From an uncultured Rickettsiales bacterium (lineage in GTDB: Bacteria > Pseudomonadota > Alphaproteobacteria > Rickettsiales > UBA998), in NCBI GenBank assembly GCA_937982385.1, contig CALJMC010000024.1, forward strand, positions 1-30,102: DNA of 30,102 bases, written 5' to 3'. Positions 17,272 through 25,282 of this stretch are shown piece by piece. The first letter of the stretch is position 1. Each line of letters opens with the position of its first letter. The notes below the pieces were generated by a model that ran no database searches, was not told the origin of the DNA, and was given only the letters and a program-made list of their open reading frames with translations. Position numbers and translations under genes: made by a program.

Positions 17272-18189
17272 TTATTTAGTTAGAGTCTGACTAGCAACAG
17301 TATGCACTAATGTATCTGGCGATACAGTGCTTTTTATATTTTCTGTTAGTATGTCGCGGTAATCATGGGTGCGCTGATGTGCTTTTGCATATTCTGCCGC
17401 TTCTGTGACAACACGGCGTGCAATGGCAGGGCCTAACTCACTAGCGCCATATTCAGGGTGCCACTGTACGCCTAACATAAACTGATTGCCATAGCATCCC
17501 TCCGGGTCGGCTTCAATTGCCTCGATAAGTTTCGAGCCATCAGGTTTGGTATCATCAGCCACGGCGCATGCACGAAGCCCGTTCCCCAGCTTATTGACAG
17601 CTTGATGGTGAAAAGAATTCTCTTCAAAGCGCAGGGGATCATCATCAGGAATGTAAAAGCATTGAGCGCTGGGTATTGATGCCCCAATCTCTGCTAATGT
17701 AGTGTCTGCTATAAGAGAAATGGGGTGAACTGGTGAAAAAGAAGGGATGTCGAACTTCTTCTGATTGTGCTTGTCGTCAGCAATTATTTCAGGGATATGC
17801 TGTGTTAGTGTGCCTTCCAACAACACATTGAGCCGTTGCATGCCGCCACAAATACCAAGGATGGGCATTTTTTCATCAATGGCGTTTTGCATTAGTGCGT
17901 ATTCATAGTTCGCACGGCTTTTGCCAGCGTCCGTCATCTCTTCACTTTTCGTGTGCGTGTTGTTCGTTTCAGAATAGTGCCTCGGGTCAATATCGTGCTT
18001 ATTGCCCATAAAAGCGATAGCGTCTATTTTGTTAAAATCAGCATGTGCATCACGACTGCCATGATTGCCCAGAAAGACGGGCACACCGCCAGCGCTGCGA
18101 ATCTGTGTCATCATCGCATGAATGGCAGGGTAGGGCTTGTCTTCTCCGCAGATACCGATGACAGGACGTTTTTGTTGTTTTTGTTCCAT
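17272..18189 (-). CDS. Peptidase C26 / gamma-glutamyl-gamma-aminobutyrate hydrolase family (class I glutamine amidotransferase-like)
   Basis: DIDPRHY, nucleophile elbow GICGGMQRLNV, NSFHHQAV, GVQWHPE triad. C-terminal extension of about 40 aa. Confidence 0.85.
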   Translation of the reverse strand: MEQKQQKRPVIGICGEDKPYPAIHAMMTQIRSAGGVPVFLGNHGSRDAHADFNKIDAIAFMGNKHDIDPRHYSETNNTHTKSEEMTDAGKSRANYEYALMQNAIDEKMPILGICGGMQRLNVLLEGTLTQHIPEIIADDKHNQKKFDIPSFSPVHPISLIADTTLAEIGASIPSAQCFYIPDDDPLRFEENSFHHQAVNKLGNGLRACAVADDTKPDGSKLIEAIEADPEGCYGNQFMLGVQWHPEYGASELGPAIARRVVTEAAEYAKAHQRTHDYRDILTENIKSTVSPDTLVHTVASQTLTK

Positions 18190-18307
18190 GCAGCCACCAT
18201 AGCAGCTATGCCGGGCTCTGCTGTGAAGATTGAATGAAATAACTACACAAAAAATTTGTTTGTTAAATACACTAGCATCTGTCCATGGTTTTGCTTAAGG
18301 TGCGACT

Positions 18308-19120
18308 ATGCTCAAAGAATTTATGTTATCCCTCACTACCCCATGCTCGCCGAGCGCCAAAAAGCTTGGCTATCTGCGCGAAGCGATTGCTACATGGCAG
18401 CGTTATCAACGGTGCAAGGATGCGTGGCAGCCGCATTTGGAGCAGAGCAAAGCGTTTATATTAGATGCCACAAAAGAATGCTCGTTACACCGTACAGCAC
18501 TTATTTTGGGTGCAGGGCAATGTGCGGATATTCCATTGGAAGAATTAACACGGACGTTTGAAAAAATACTGTTGGTTGATGTGGTGTTCCCTAAGAAAGT
18601 ACGACAACGTGCCGCACAGCTAGGTGCCGAATGCGTGGAATGCGATATCACCGATATTGTTACGTTTCTTGCCACGACGAATAGTTCGCCCTTGCCCGTG
18701 CCCGTGCCACAGCATTTTTTGGAGGATGCTACGATAGATTTTGTGGTATCAGCAAATATCGCCTCGCAGCTGCCGTTACTGCCCCGGGCATGGCTCTCCA
18801 AGCATGGTGCCATATCAGAGGATGAACTCATGGACGTGTCCCAAGGACTGATTGGGGCGCACTTCTATTATCTCTCATTGTTTGAAGCGCAGATTGTATT
18901 GATGACGGACAGGCATTATCAAACGCGCAATAAAGAGGGCCTCGTTATTTCTGAAAAAAGTGCGCTCTATGGCGTGGCACTGCCCAAACACCATAAAACG
19001 CGTTGGGATTGGCACCTCGCCCCCGCGCCTGAGCTTCATCCCGAATATGACAGAGTGCATCAGGTTGTGGCGCAATCATGGAAAGCAGAGGGAGTGTCGT
19101 ATGATGAAACTGCTGCGTAG
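18308..19120 (+). CDS. Conserved hypothetical protein with class I SAM-methyltransferase-like motifs
   Basis: Gly-rich motif I-like LILGAGQC, acidic residue at the end of the next strand (LLVDV), CDIT, VVSANIASQL. AAGGTG SD. Confidence 0.55.
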   Translation: MLKEFMLSLTTPCSPSAKKLGYLREAIATWQRYQRCKDAWQPHLEQSKAFILDATKECSLHRTALILGAGQCADIPLEELTRTFEKILLVDVVFPKKVRQRAAQLGAECVECDITDIVTFLATTNSSPLPVPVPQHFLEDATIDFVVSANIASQLPLLPRAWLSKHGAISEDELMDVSQGLIGAHFYYLSLFEAQIVLMTDRHYQTRNKEGLVISEKSALYGVALPKHHKTRWDWHLAPAPELHPEYDRVHQVVAQSWKAEGVSYDETAA

Positions 19121-19790
19121 AGTATTTGCATTCCCACTTCTCATAATATTGTTCTGTGGTTTGGCCTATGGCGGTGCACATCTGATGCACGCAGTGAAGC
19201 CAAGTTTATTGGACTATCAAAAAACGATTATTGTTTCAGGCGAAGCACGTAAAATATATCTTGTGAATTTGGGCTGGCATAGTGACATTGTTGTAAGACT
19301 ATCCGATATTCCATTTAGCGTCCTGCCAGAGAAAAAATATTTTTCGGATAATGAGTATCTGGCAATAGGGTGGGGAGACGCTGCCTTTTACCCCGCTACA
19401 GAAATGCCACCAGAATTCATCTTAAAAACACTGTTCTCGCCCACCGAAACGGTTATGCATCTCGCGGGATTTGTGGGCACACCGAAGGAGACCTTTGCGT
19501 TTACGAATGTGACAGCGTTGCATGTGAGTAAGGTTGGGTTCGATAAAATGTTGCAACAGATCTCTGATACAATTGTACGAGATAATGCAAGGGCAGCGGC
19601 GCCTCTCAGAGAAGGTCTGTATGGAAAAAGCTACTTTTTTGCAGGAAATGGCTCGTATCATGCATTGAATAACTGTAACCATTGGACCGCTCGTATGTTA
19701 GCATCTGCCGATATACCGTTTAATGAAATGTCAGCACTTAGTGCGCAGTCTGTCATGTGGCAGGCAAAAAAATATGGAAGTGAAGAATGA
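19101..19790 (+). CDS. DUF2459-family protein, paralog 1 (N-terminal TM anchor)
   Basis: GWHSDI, IGWGD, YHALNNCNHW. Start moved to ATG 19101 (GGGAG SD), overlapping the upstream gene by 20 nt. Confidence 0.75.
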   Translation: MMKLLRRVFAFPLLIILFCGLAYGGAHLMHAVKPSLLDYQKTIIVSGEARKIYLVNLGWHSDIVVRLSDIPFSVLPEKKYFSDNEYLAIGWGDAAFYPATEMPPEFILKTLFSPTETVMHLAGFVGTPKETFAFTNVTALHVSKVGFDKMLQQISDTIVRDNARAAAPLREGLYGKSYFFAGNGSYHALNNCNHWTARMLASADIPFNEMSALSAQSVMWQAKKYGSEE

Positions 19791-20548
19791 ATTTCATTCG
19801 TAAAATATTGGGACTCACACTTATTCTCGGCGCGATTACAGCGTTCGTGATGGGCATGTTGTTTGCCTCGCACGAGATGAAGCCAAAGCGTTCTGATTAT
19901 CAAAAAACGGTGGCGGAATCGGGTGCAGTCAAAAAAATATTCCTTGTAAATAATGGGTGGCATACCGACATTGTACTCAAAATGGATGATATTTCCAAAC
20001 GGGTGTTGCCGGAGAAGCGTCTCTTCCGCGACAAAGAATTTGTGGTTGTTGGTTGGGGTGATGCAGGATTCTATCAGGCAAAAGAAATAACCACCAAACT
20101 TGCTGCAGAAGCATTGCTCAGGCCTTCAGAAACCGTGGTGCATATGGTGGGGCTAGATAAAACACCTGCAGAATCATTTCCTGACTTAGAGGTAATAGCA
20201 GTGCCTGTGTCAGAGCGGGGGTTCGATAAGATGATGAATAAGCTGTCACAGTCAGTGAAGCGCTACAGCACGCTATCGGCCAAACCGCTCAGAGATGGAC
20301 TGGAAGAAAACAGCCATTTTCTGCGCGGGATGGGGAAATATCATTTTTTTAACACGTGCAACCATTGGACTGCACGGTTGTTGAAAGCCGCCGAATTGCC
20401 TTTCAATGTGACCACAGCCTTTACCGCAAAGAATGTGATGTGGCAGGCCCGCCGCTATGGTGACGATGCTGAAGACTCCGCTATCGATGCATCAATGGCT
20501 ATCGTTGAGGAGCAGTTGAATCTGTTTGTTGATGAGTACGCTCAGTAA
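19787..20548 (+). CDS. DUF2459-family protein, paralog 2
   Basis: GWHTDI, VGWGD, YHFFNTCNHW. ATGA overlap with paralog 1; gap-free manual alignment gives about 48% identity over about 190 aa. Confidence 0.75.
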   Translation: MNFIRKILGLTLILGAITAFVMGMLFASHEMKPKRSDYQKTVAESGAVKKIFLVNNGWHTDIVLKMDDISKRVLPEKRLFRDKEFVVVGWGDAGFYQAKEITTKLAAEALLRPSETVVHMVGLDKTPAESFPDLEVIAVPVSERGFDKMMNKLSQSVKRYSTLSAKPLRDGLEENSHFLRGMGKYHFFNTCNHWTARLLKAAELPFNVTTAFTAKNVMWQARRYGDDAEDSAIDASMAIVEEQLNLFVDEYAQ

Positions 20549-20960
20549 ATAATTCATCAGGGTTTTTGCCTGTTTTTTCAGCCCATTGTGATTTTTCTTC
20601 AAGCACTGTTTTTTCAGCTTCAAGCACTTTATTCTGTGATTCTAGTTTTTCTTGCTCCTGTTGTGCCGCATGTTCTGCGCGCGGGCCATCGCCCGCTTTT
20701 CTTTCGCCATAAGCTGAACCACCAATCACTGCGGCAGCAAAAGTTAAAATACCAGTATAAAAACGAGTTTTGGAACCTTTAGCTAGCTCTTTTACAAATG
20801 CTTTGCGCTGATTTTCTGGTAAAGCTTCCCTTTCTTTATAAAGATCATTAGCAATAAGATTTGCTCCTAAAAGACCTGCCAGTCCTCCTAGTCCACCACC
20901 TAATGCTCCGCCGACAAGGCGCCTCAGGAAGCCTACTTCTACATCATCATTATTAGCCAT
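20499..20960 (-). CDS. Orphan hypothetical protein: Gly-zipper TM segments, coiled coil, polar C-terminal tail
   Basis: 153-aa ORF with GGALGGGLGGLAG, a second hydrophobic segment, an E/Q/K-rich coiled coil and its own promoter candidate. Confidence 0.65.
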   Translation of the reverse strand: MANNDDVEVGFLRRLVGGALGGGLGGLAGLLGANLIANDLYKEREALPENQRKAFVKELAKGSKTRFYTGILTFAAAVIGGSAYGERKAGDGPRAEHAAQQEQEKLESQNKVLEAEKTVLEEKSQWAEKTGKNPDELFTERTHQQTDSTAPQR

Positions 20961-20993
20961 ATTCTCTACTTTCTATTACGTAACGTTAACTTG

Positions 20994-21027
20994 AGCATAG
21001 CAGACATATGTGACAGTTTAATGAAGG
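20994..21027 (-). promoter_or_regulatory. OmpR-family (PhoB/CtrA-like) direct-repeat box plus -10 element
   Basis: Minus strand CCTTCAT-TAAA-CTGTCAC-N10-TATGCT, 33 nt upstream of ATG 20960. Confidence 0.5.
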
Positions 21028-21077
21028 ATAACGGTGTTTTCTGTAACGATTCTGGGATATTATACGAATGAGTTGGT

Positions 21078-22103
21078 ATGAAATGGATTTTGATAGCATT
21101 AATGAGTTTAAGTTTTTCTGCACATGCAGGGGAAGAGGTGTCAGTGTCTGATTATCAAGATGCGATTAAATCGCTTAATGCGCTGCAATATCGTGTGACG
21201 CAAGAGAATGGAACTGAAACGCCATTTAATAATAAATATTGGGATAATAAGGCGGAGGGCATCTATGTCGATGTCATATCGGGAAAACCGCTTTTTTCTT
21301 CCATTGATAAGTTCGATTCGGGCACAGGGTGGCCTAGCTTTAGCAAACCGATTGATGCGAGTGAGATTGTTTCAAAGACGGATAGTACTCATGGTATGGA
21401 ACGCACTGAAGTACGTTCAGATTCTGCCGATGCACATTTGGGGCATATCTTTAATGACGGACCGCCAGAGACGGGCGGGGTGCGCTATTGCATCAATTCA
21501 GCGTCCCTACGTTTTGTACCGAAAGAAGATTTGGAGAAGGAAGGCTATGCTAACTATATTAATTTATTCACTACGGTTGAGCAACAACCTCTTGCAGCTA
21601 CACAGACATTTCACAAAGCCATCCTTGCAGGTGGCTGTTTCTGGGGCGTGGAAGAGCTGATACGTCAAGAAAAAGGCGTGATCGATGTGAAGGTCGGCTA
21701 TACAGGCGGTACAGTCAAAGACCCTACCTATAAAGACATCACGACTGGCAGATCAGGTCATGCTGAGAGTGTTCATGTGACCTATAACCCAGAGGTTATT
21801 TCTTATGAAGCATTGTTAAAATTCTTCTTCACCATTCATGACCCCACAACCCTCAATCAACAAGGAAATGACCGAGGCACGCAATATCGCTCCGCGATTT
21901 TTGTACAGTCTGATGAGGAACGTAAAATTGCGAAGCAGGTGATTGATGCTGCGAATGCGTCGGACAACTGGCGCAACCCTATTGTCACCGAAATCCGTGA
22001 TGCGGGTGTGTTTTATGATGCGGAAGAATATCATCAAGACTATCTACAGAAAAACCCGAATGGCTATACCTGCCATTCTGTGCGCGAAGAATGGAAGTTT
22101 TAG
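21078..22103 (+). CDS. msrAB: Exported bifunctional methionine sulfoxide reductase, MsrB-MsrA fusion
   Basis: Signal peptide [17 protein letters not shown]. MsrB domain first ([27 protein letters not shown]), then MsrA ([32 protein letters not shown]). Confidence 0.92.
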   Translation: MKWILIALMSLSFSAHAGEEVSVSDYQDAIKSLNALQYRVTQENGTETPFNNKYWDNKAEGIYVDVISGKPLFSSIDKFDSGTGWPSFSKPIDASEIVSKTDSTHGMERTEVRSDSADAHLGHIFNDGPPETGGVRYCINSASLRFVPKEDLEKEGYANYINLFTTVEQQPLAATQTFHKAILAGGCFWGVEELIRQEKGVIDVKVGYTGGTVKDPTYKDITTGRSGHAESVHVTYNPEVISYEALLKFFFTIHDPTTLNQQGNDRGTQYRSAIFVQSDEERKIAKQVIDAANASDNWRNPIVTEIRDAGVFYDAEEYHQDYLQKNPNGYTCHSVREEWKF

Positions 22104-22115
22104 CTGTGAGTGACA

Positions 22116-22149
22116 TTGTCATGAAATCGTAACATTTATATTGTATGCT
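22116..22149 (+). promoter_or_regulatory. OmpR-family (PhoB/CtrA-like) direct-repeat box plus -10 element
   Basis: TTGTCAT-GAAA-TCGTAAC-N10-TATGCT. An alternative plain sigma70 reading TTGTCA-N17-TATTGT also fits. Confidence 0.5.
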
Positions 22150-22153
22150 AGTT

Positions 22154-22183
22154 TGAACCTCTGGAGGACTGAACCTCTGGAGG
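22154..22183 (+). repeat. 14-bp tandem direct repeat containing the SD
   Basis: TGAACCTCTGGAGG at 22154-22167 and 22170-22183. Confidence 0.9.
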
Positions 22184-22191
22184 GTATTATT

Positions 22192-22536
22192 ATGACTGAT
22201 ACAACTGCTTTTGATGCGCTGCCTTCAAATGAACGTAATGCAATAGATCATTGGATACGAAAAAATTATGAAGAGGCTGACCTAGCTAACCACTTGACTG
22301 GTGCAGCACCGATTCGTTCTGATATTAGCAAGCCTGAAGTAATGGCAAATCTCAGAGAAGGGCACGCAAATAACTTTAATAACCCAGATAAATCTAATAT
22401 TAAAGAAACGATTATGGGCGAATATGAGGCGCATTTAGCGCAAATTGCGCAGCAACAAGATTCAACAAAGATAGAAGGTTTGGGGTTTGGTTCTCAAGGA
22501 GTTGCACCCGAGAAAGAGTCTGGCATTAATCGCTAA
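22192..22536 (+). CDS. Orphan hypothetical protein, 114 aa
   Basis: ATG 22192 with GGAGG SD 8 nt upstream. Hydrophilic, no signal peptide. Confidence 0.7.
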   Translation: MTDTTAFDALPSNERNAIDHWIRKNYEEADLANHLTGAAPIRSDISKPEVMANLREGHANNFNNPDKSNIKETIMGEYEAHLAQIAQQQDSTKIEGLGFGSQGVAPEKESGINR

Positions 22537-22547
22537 TTCTTTCTGGT

Positions 22548-22582
22548 GTAGGTTTTGCTACACGATCTGCAACAAAACCTAC
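22548..22582. repeat. GTAG...CTAC-bounded inverted repeat (REP-like element or bidirectional terminator)
   Basis: GTAGGTTTTG-N15-CAAAACCTAC, 10-bp perfect arms, between two convergent stops (22536 and 22592). Confidence 0.55.
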
Positions 22583-22591
22583 GTAAGAAAA

Positions 22592-22738
22592 CTAGTCCGT
22601 CGCTCTAGCTACACATTCTTCTTCTTTAGGAAGAAGGCTCTCGAGACCCGAGTTTTGAAGGTCGCGATAAAATTGATTTGCAGAAGGTTTGATAGAGGTT
22701 GTGCCTTCTTGTGGCTTCATTACAAGTTCATCTGTCAT
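22592..22738 (-). CDS. Candidate 48-aa small protein MTDELVMKPQEGTTSIKPSANQFYRDLQNSGLESLLPKEEECVARATD
   Basis: GGAG SD 8 nt upstream of ATG 22738, TAG at 22592. Fills an otherwise empty intergenic region. Confidence 0.45.
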   Translation of the reverse strand: MTDELVMKPQEGTTSIKPSANQFYRDLQNSGLESLLPKEEECVARATD

Positions 22739-22832
22739 GACGGTTGCTCCGAGATATTAATAACTGCCAATTAGCAGTTGTCACAGTGTATCAAAAAAAG
22801 AGAGTAAACGCAAAATCTTAAACAGAAACTTG

Positions 22833-22886
22833 TTGTGCGCCGCACCATCATGTTCGGTTATGAGTCAATTTCGCTGCAGCGCACAA
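22833..22886 (-). terminator. Inverted repeat just downstream of asd, possible terminator or stabilising stem
   Basis: TTGTGCGCCGCA / TGCAGCGCACAA (11/12 match, G-U on the minus strand) with a 30-nt loop, followed by a T-rich tract on the minus strand. Confidence 0.4.
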
Positions 22887-22892
22887 ATTACC

Positions 22893-23930
22893 TTAAGCGG
22901 CTTTTTTCTTAGGTTCTACACCATAATTGATGATGAGCTCTTCAGCAATTTGCACTGCATTGAGAGCGGCACCTTTACGTAGATTATCAGACACACACCA
23001 GAGCGCCAAACCGTTTGGTACGCTCGTATCAGCGCGTAGGCGTGAGATATATGTCGCATCTTCACCCACACATTCCATCGGAGTGATATAGCCACCATCT
23101 TCTTGGCGATCCATCACGACAATGCCATCAGCAGCTTCCAAAGCCTCATAGGCTTCATCGACAGAAAGCGCGTTTTCAAACTCAACATTAATTGATTCTG
23201 CATGCCCAACAAACACAGGTACGCGCACGCAGGTTGCGGCAACTTCAATGGAGGAATCGAGCATTTTCTTGGTCTCGTTAATCATCTTCCATTCTTCTTT
23301 AGTCGAGCCATCTTCCATGAAATCATCAATATGCGGAATCACGTTAAACGCGATGCGTTTGGTGAACACTTCAGGCTCTTTAGGATTGTTCACATAGATA
23401 GATTTGGTTTGGTCGTACAGCTCGTCCATCGCCGCTTTGCCTGCGCCACCAACTGACTGATAGGTGCTCACCACGATGCGCTTAATCTTTGCGATGTCAT
23501 GCAATGGTTTTAGTGCTACCAGCATCTGAATGGTTGAGCAGTTTGGGTTGGCAATGATATTGCGCTTAGCATAGTCCTTGAGCGCCTCAGGGTTCACCTC
23601 TGGCACAACAAGCGGCACATCTTCGTCCATACGGAAGTGCGATGTATTATCAATCACGATGCAGCCTTGTTTTGCGGCTATCGGTGCAAACTTTGCCGAG
23701 ACTGATCCGCCCGGTGAGAAGAGCGCGATATCGGTATCCGAGAAATCATACTCATCGAGTGATTGGCATTTGAGAATGGTCTTGTCGCCAAAGCTCACTT
23801 CTTTGCCTTTAGATCCGCTGGATGCCAAGGCCACCACTTCACCCACAGGGAAGTTGCGTTCCGCCAATATGCCTAAAATTTCTTGCCCTACATTTCCAGT
23901 CGCGCCAACAACGGCTATTTTATATCCCAT
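22893..23930 (-). CDS. asd: Aspartate-semialdehyde dehydrogenase
   Basis: VVGATGNVG, VIDNTSHFRM, PLVVPEVN, IIANPNCSTIQM, STYQSVGGAG, CVRVPVFVGHAE, DNLRKGAALNAVQIAE. ATG 23930 preferred as start. Confidence 0.97.
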   Translation of the reverse strand: MGYKIAVVGATGNVGQEILGILAERNFPVGEVVALASSGSKGKEVSFGDKTILKCQSLDEYDFSDTDIALFSPGGSVSAKFAPIAAKQGCIVIDNTSHFRMDEDVPLVVPEVNPEALKDYAKRNIIANPNCSTIQMLVALKPLHDIAKIKRIVVSTYQSVGGAGKAAMDELYDQTKSIYVNNPKEPEVFTKRIAFNVIPHIDDFMEDGSTKEEWKMINETKKMLDSSIEVAATCVRVPVFVGHAESINVEFENALSVDEAYEALEAADGIVVMDRQEDGGYITPMECVGEDATYISRLRADTSVPNGLALWCVSDNLRKGAALNAVQIAEELIINYGVEPKKKAA

Positions 23931-23979
23931 TTTTATTCTCTCTTTATGTTCAGTCATTTTAACATGGCGGCCTAGCTAA

Positions 23980-24043
23980 GCCTTGTGACTACAAGGCCGC
24001 CGACCGTTCGGCGGATTAAAATTTGTATGATTTTAATCTCAAA
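23980..24043. repeat. Triple-hairpin intergenic repeat, copy 2
   Basis: GCCTTGT-gact-ACAAGGC, CGCCGA-ccgt-TCGGCG, GATTAAAAT-ttgtatg-ATTTTAATC. Same orientation as copy 1. Confidence 0.9.
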
Positions 24044-24056
24044 TAAATATATGTCC

Positions 24057-25178
24057 CTATGCTGCAACGCCGTGCGCTGCTTTTAGTTTTTCTAGCGATG
24101 CGATAACGGCATCACCCATTTCGTCTGTGCCAACTAAAGTCGAGCCACCTTCTGCGATGTCACCTGTGCGGATATTTTGCGCTAGCACATCATTCACTGC
24201 GGCTTCGAGCAAGTCCGCTTCAGCCCCCATATTGAATGAATAGCGAAGCATCATCGCTACTGACAGAATAGTCGCCAGTGGGTTTGCTTTGTCTTCACCT
24301 GCGATGTCTGGCGCTGATCCGTGTACTGGTTCGTAGAGTGATGCACGTTTGCCGTCTTTCTCTTCGCCTAGTGATGCAGATGGAAGCATGCCGAGCGAGC
24401 CTGTAAGCATTGCGGCGCAGTCGGACAAAATGTCACCAAACATATTCGTCGTCACCATCACATCAAACTGACCAGGGTTGCGAACGAGCTGCATGGCTGC
24501 ATTATCAACATACATGTGGGAAAGCTCGATAGATGGGAACTCTTTCGCCACCACTTCTACTTCTTCACGCCACATTTCTGTCGCTTCCAATACGTTGGCT
24601 TTATCCACTGAGCAGAGGCGTCCACCGCGCTTGGCAGCAAGGTCGAACGCCACGCGAGCAATGCGATGCACTTCAGGTGCTGAATATACCAATGTGTTGC
24701 GCCCCACGCGCACGCCATCTTCCATCGCCACGCCACGGGGCTGACCAAAATAGATCCCGCCTGTGAGCTCGCGTACAATCATCACATCCAAACCAGCAAT
24801 GATGTTGCGTTTGAGCGTCGATGCATCAGCCAATGCTTCAAAACAAATAGCAGGGCGCAAATTGGCAAACAAGCCAAGCTCTTTGCGAATGCCGAGCAAT
24901 CCCTTCTCTGGGCGCACAGCGATGTCGAGCGCTTCCCATTCAGGGCCACCCACCGCACCGAGCAACACAGCATCTGCCTTGTGGGCCTTGTCGAGCGTTT
25001 CTTGTGGAAGGGGCGAGCCAGTCTCATCATATGCTGCGCCACCAATGAGCGCCACATCTGTGGTGAAACTCACCTCTGAATTGTCAGAAAACCACGCCAT
25101 CACCTTGCCAGCTTCTGCAATCACCTCAGGGCCAATACCATCACCAGGTAATAAAAGAATATGTTTATTGCTCATCAC
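24057..25178 (-). CDS. leuB: 3-isopropylmalate dehydrogenase
   Basis: [68 protein letters not shown]. Confidence 0.97.
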   Translation of the reverse strand: MMSNKHILLLPGDGIGPEVIAEAGKVMAWFSDNSEVSFTTDVALIGGAAYDETGSPLPQETLDKAHKADAVLLGAVGGPEWEALDIAVRPEKGLLGIRKELGLFANLRPAICFEALADASTLKRNIIAGLDVMIVRELTGGIYFGQPRGVAMEDGVRVGRNTLVYSAPEVHRIARVAFDLAAKRGGRLCSVDKANVLEATEMWREEVEVVAKEFPSIELSHMYVDNAAMQLVRNPGQFDVMVTTNMFGDILSDCAAMLTGSLGMLPSASLGEEKDGKRASLYEPVHGSAPDIAGEDKANPLATILSVAMMLRYSFNMGAEADLLEAAVNDVLAQNIRTGDIAEGGSTLVGTDEMGDAVIASLEKLKAAHGVAA

Positions 25179-25217
25179 TATGCCTTACTCTATCTTATAG
25201 GTTCAATTCGGGCGCGG

Positions 25218-25246
25218 AATATAGCGCCATAAAGCCTTATGGTCAA
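25218..25246 (-). promoter_or_regulatory. sigma70 promoter for leuB(-asd)
   Basis: Minus strand TTGACC-N17-TATATT, 39 nt upstream of the ATG. Confidence 0.6.
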
Positions 25247-25282
25247 TAGAGTTAAGAAGCGATAATCGTGGTGTAGTACAAG

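Noticed and set aside
22487-22774. 95-aa plus-strand ORF
   Set aside because: Non-ATG start without SD, overlaps the upstream gene and the palindrome, and is antisense to a better-supported small ORF.
11174-22892. Genomic island integrated at tRNA-Glu
   Set aside because: No integrase or transposase, and I found no second copy of the tRNA 3' end. Accessory-like content alone is insufficient.
9365-24043. The two repeat copies as CRISPR repeats or att sites
   Set aside because: Only two copies 14.6 kb apart, no spacers or cas genes, and core genes (tRNA-Glu, asd) lie between them.
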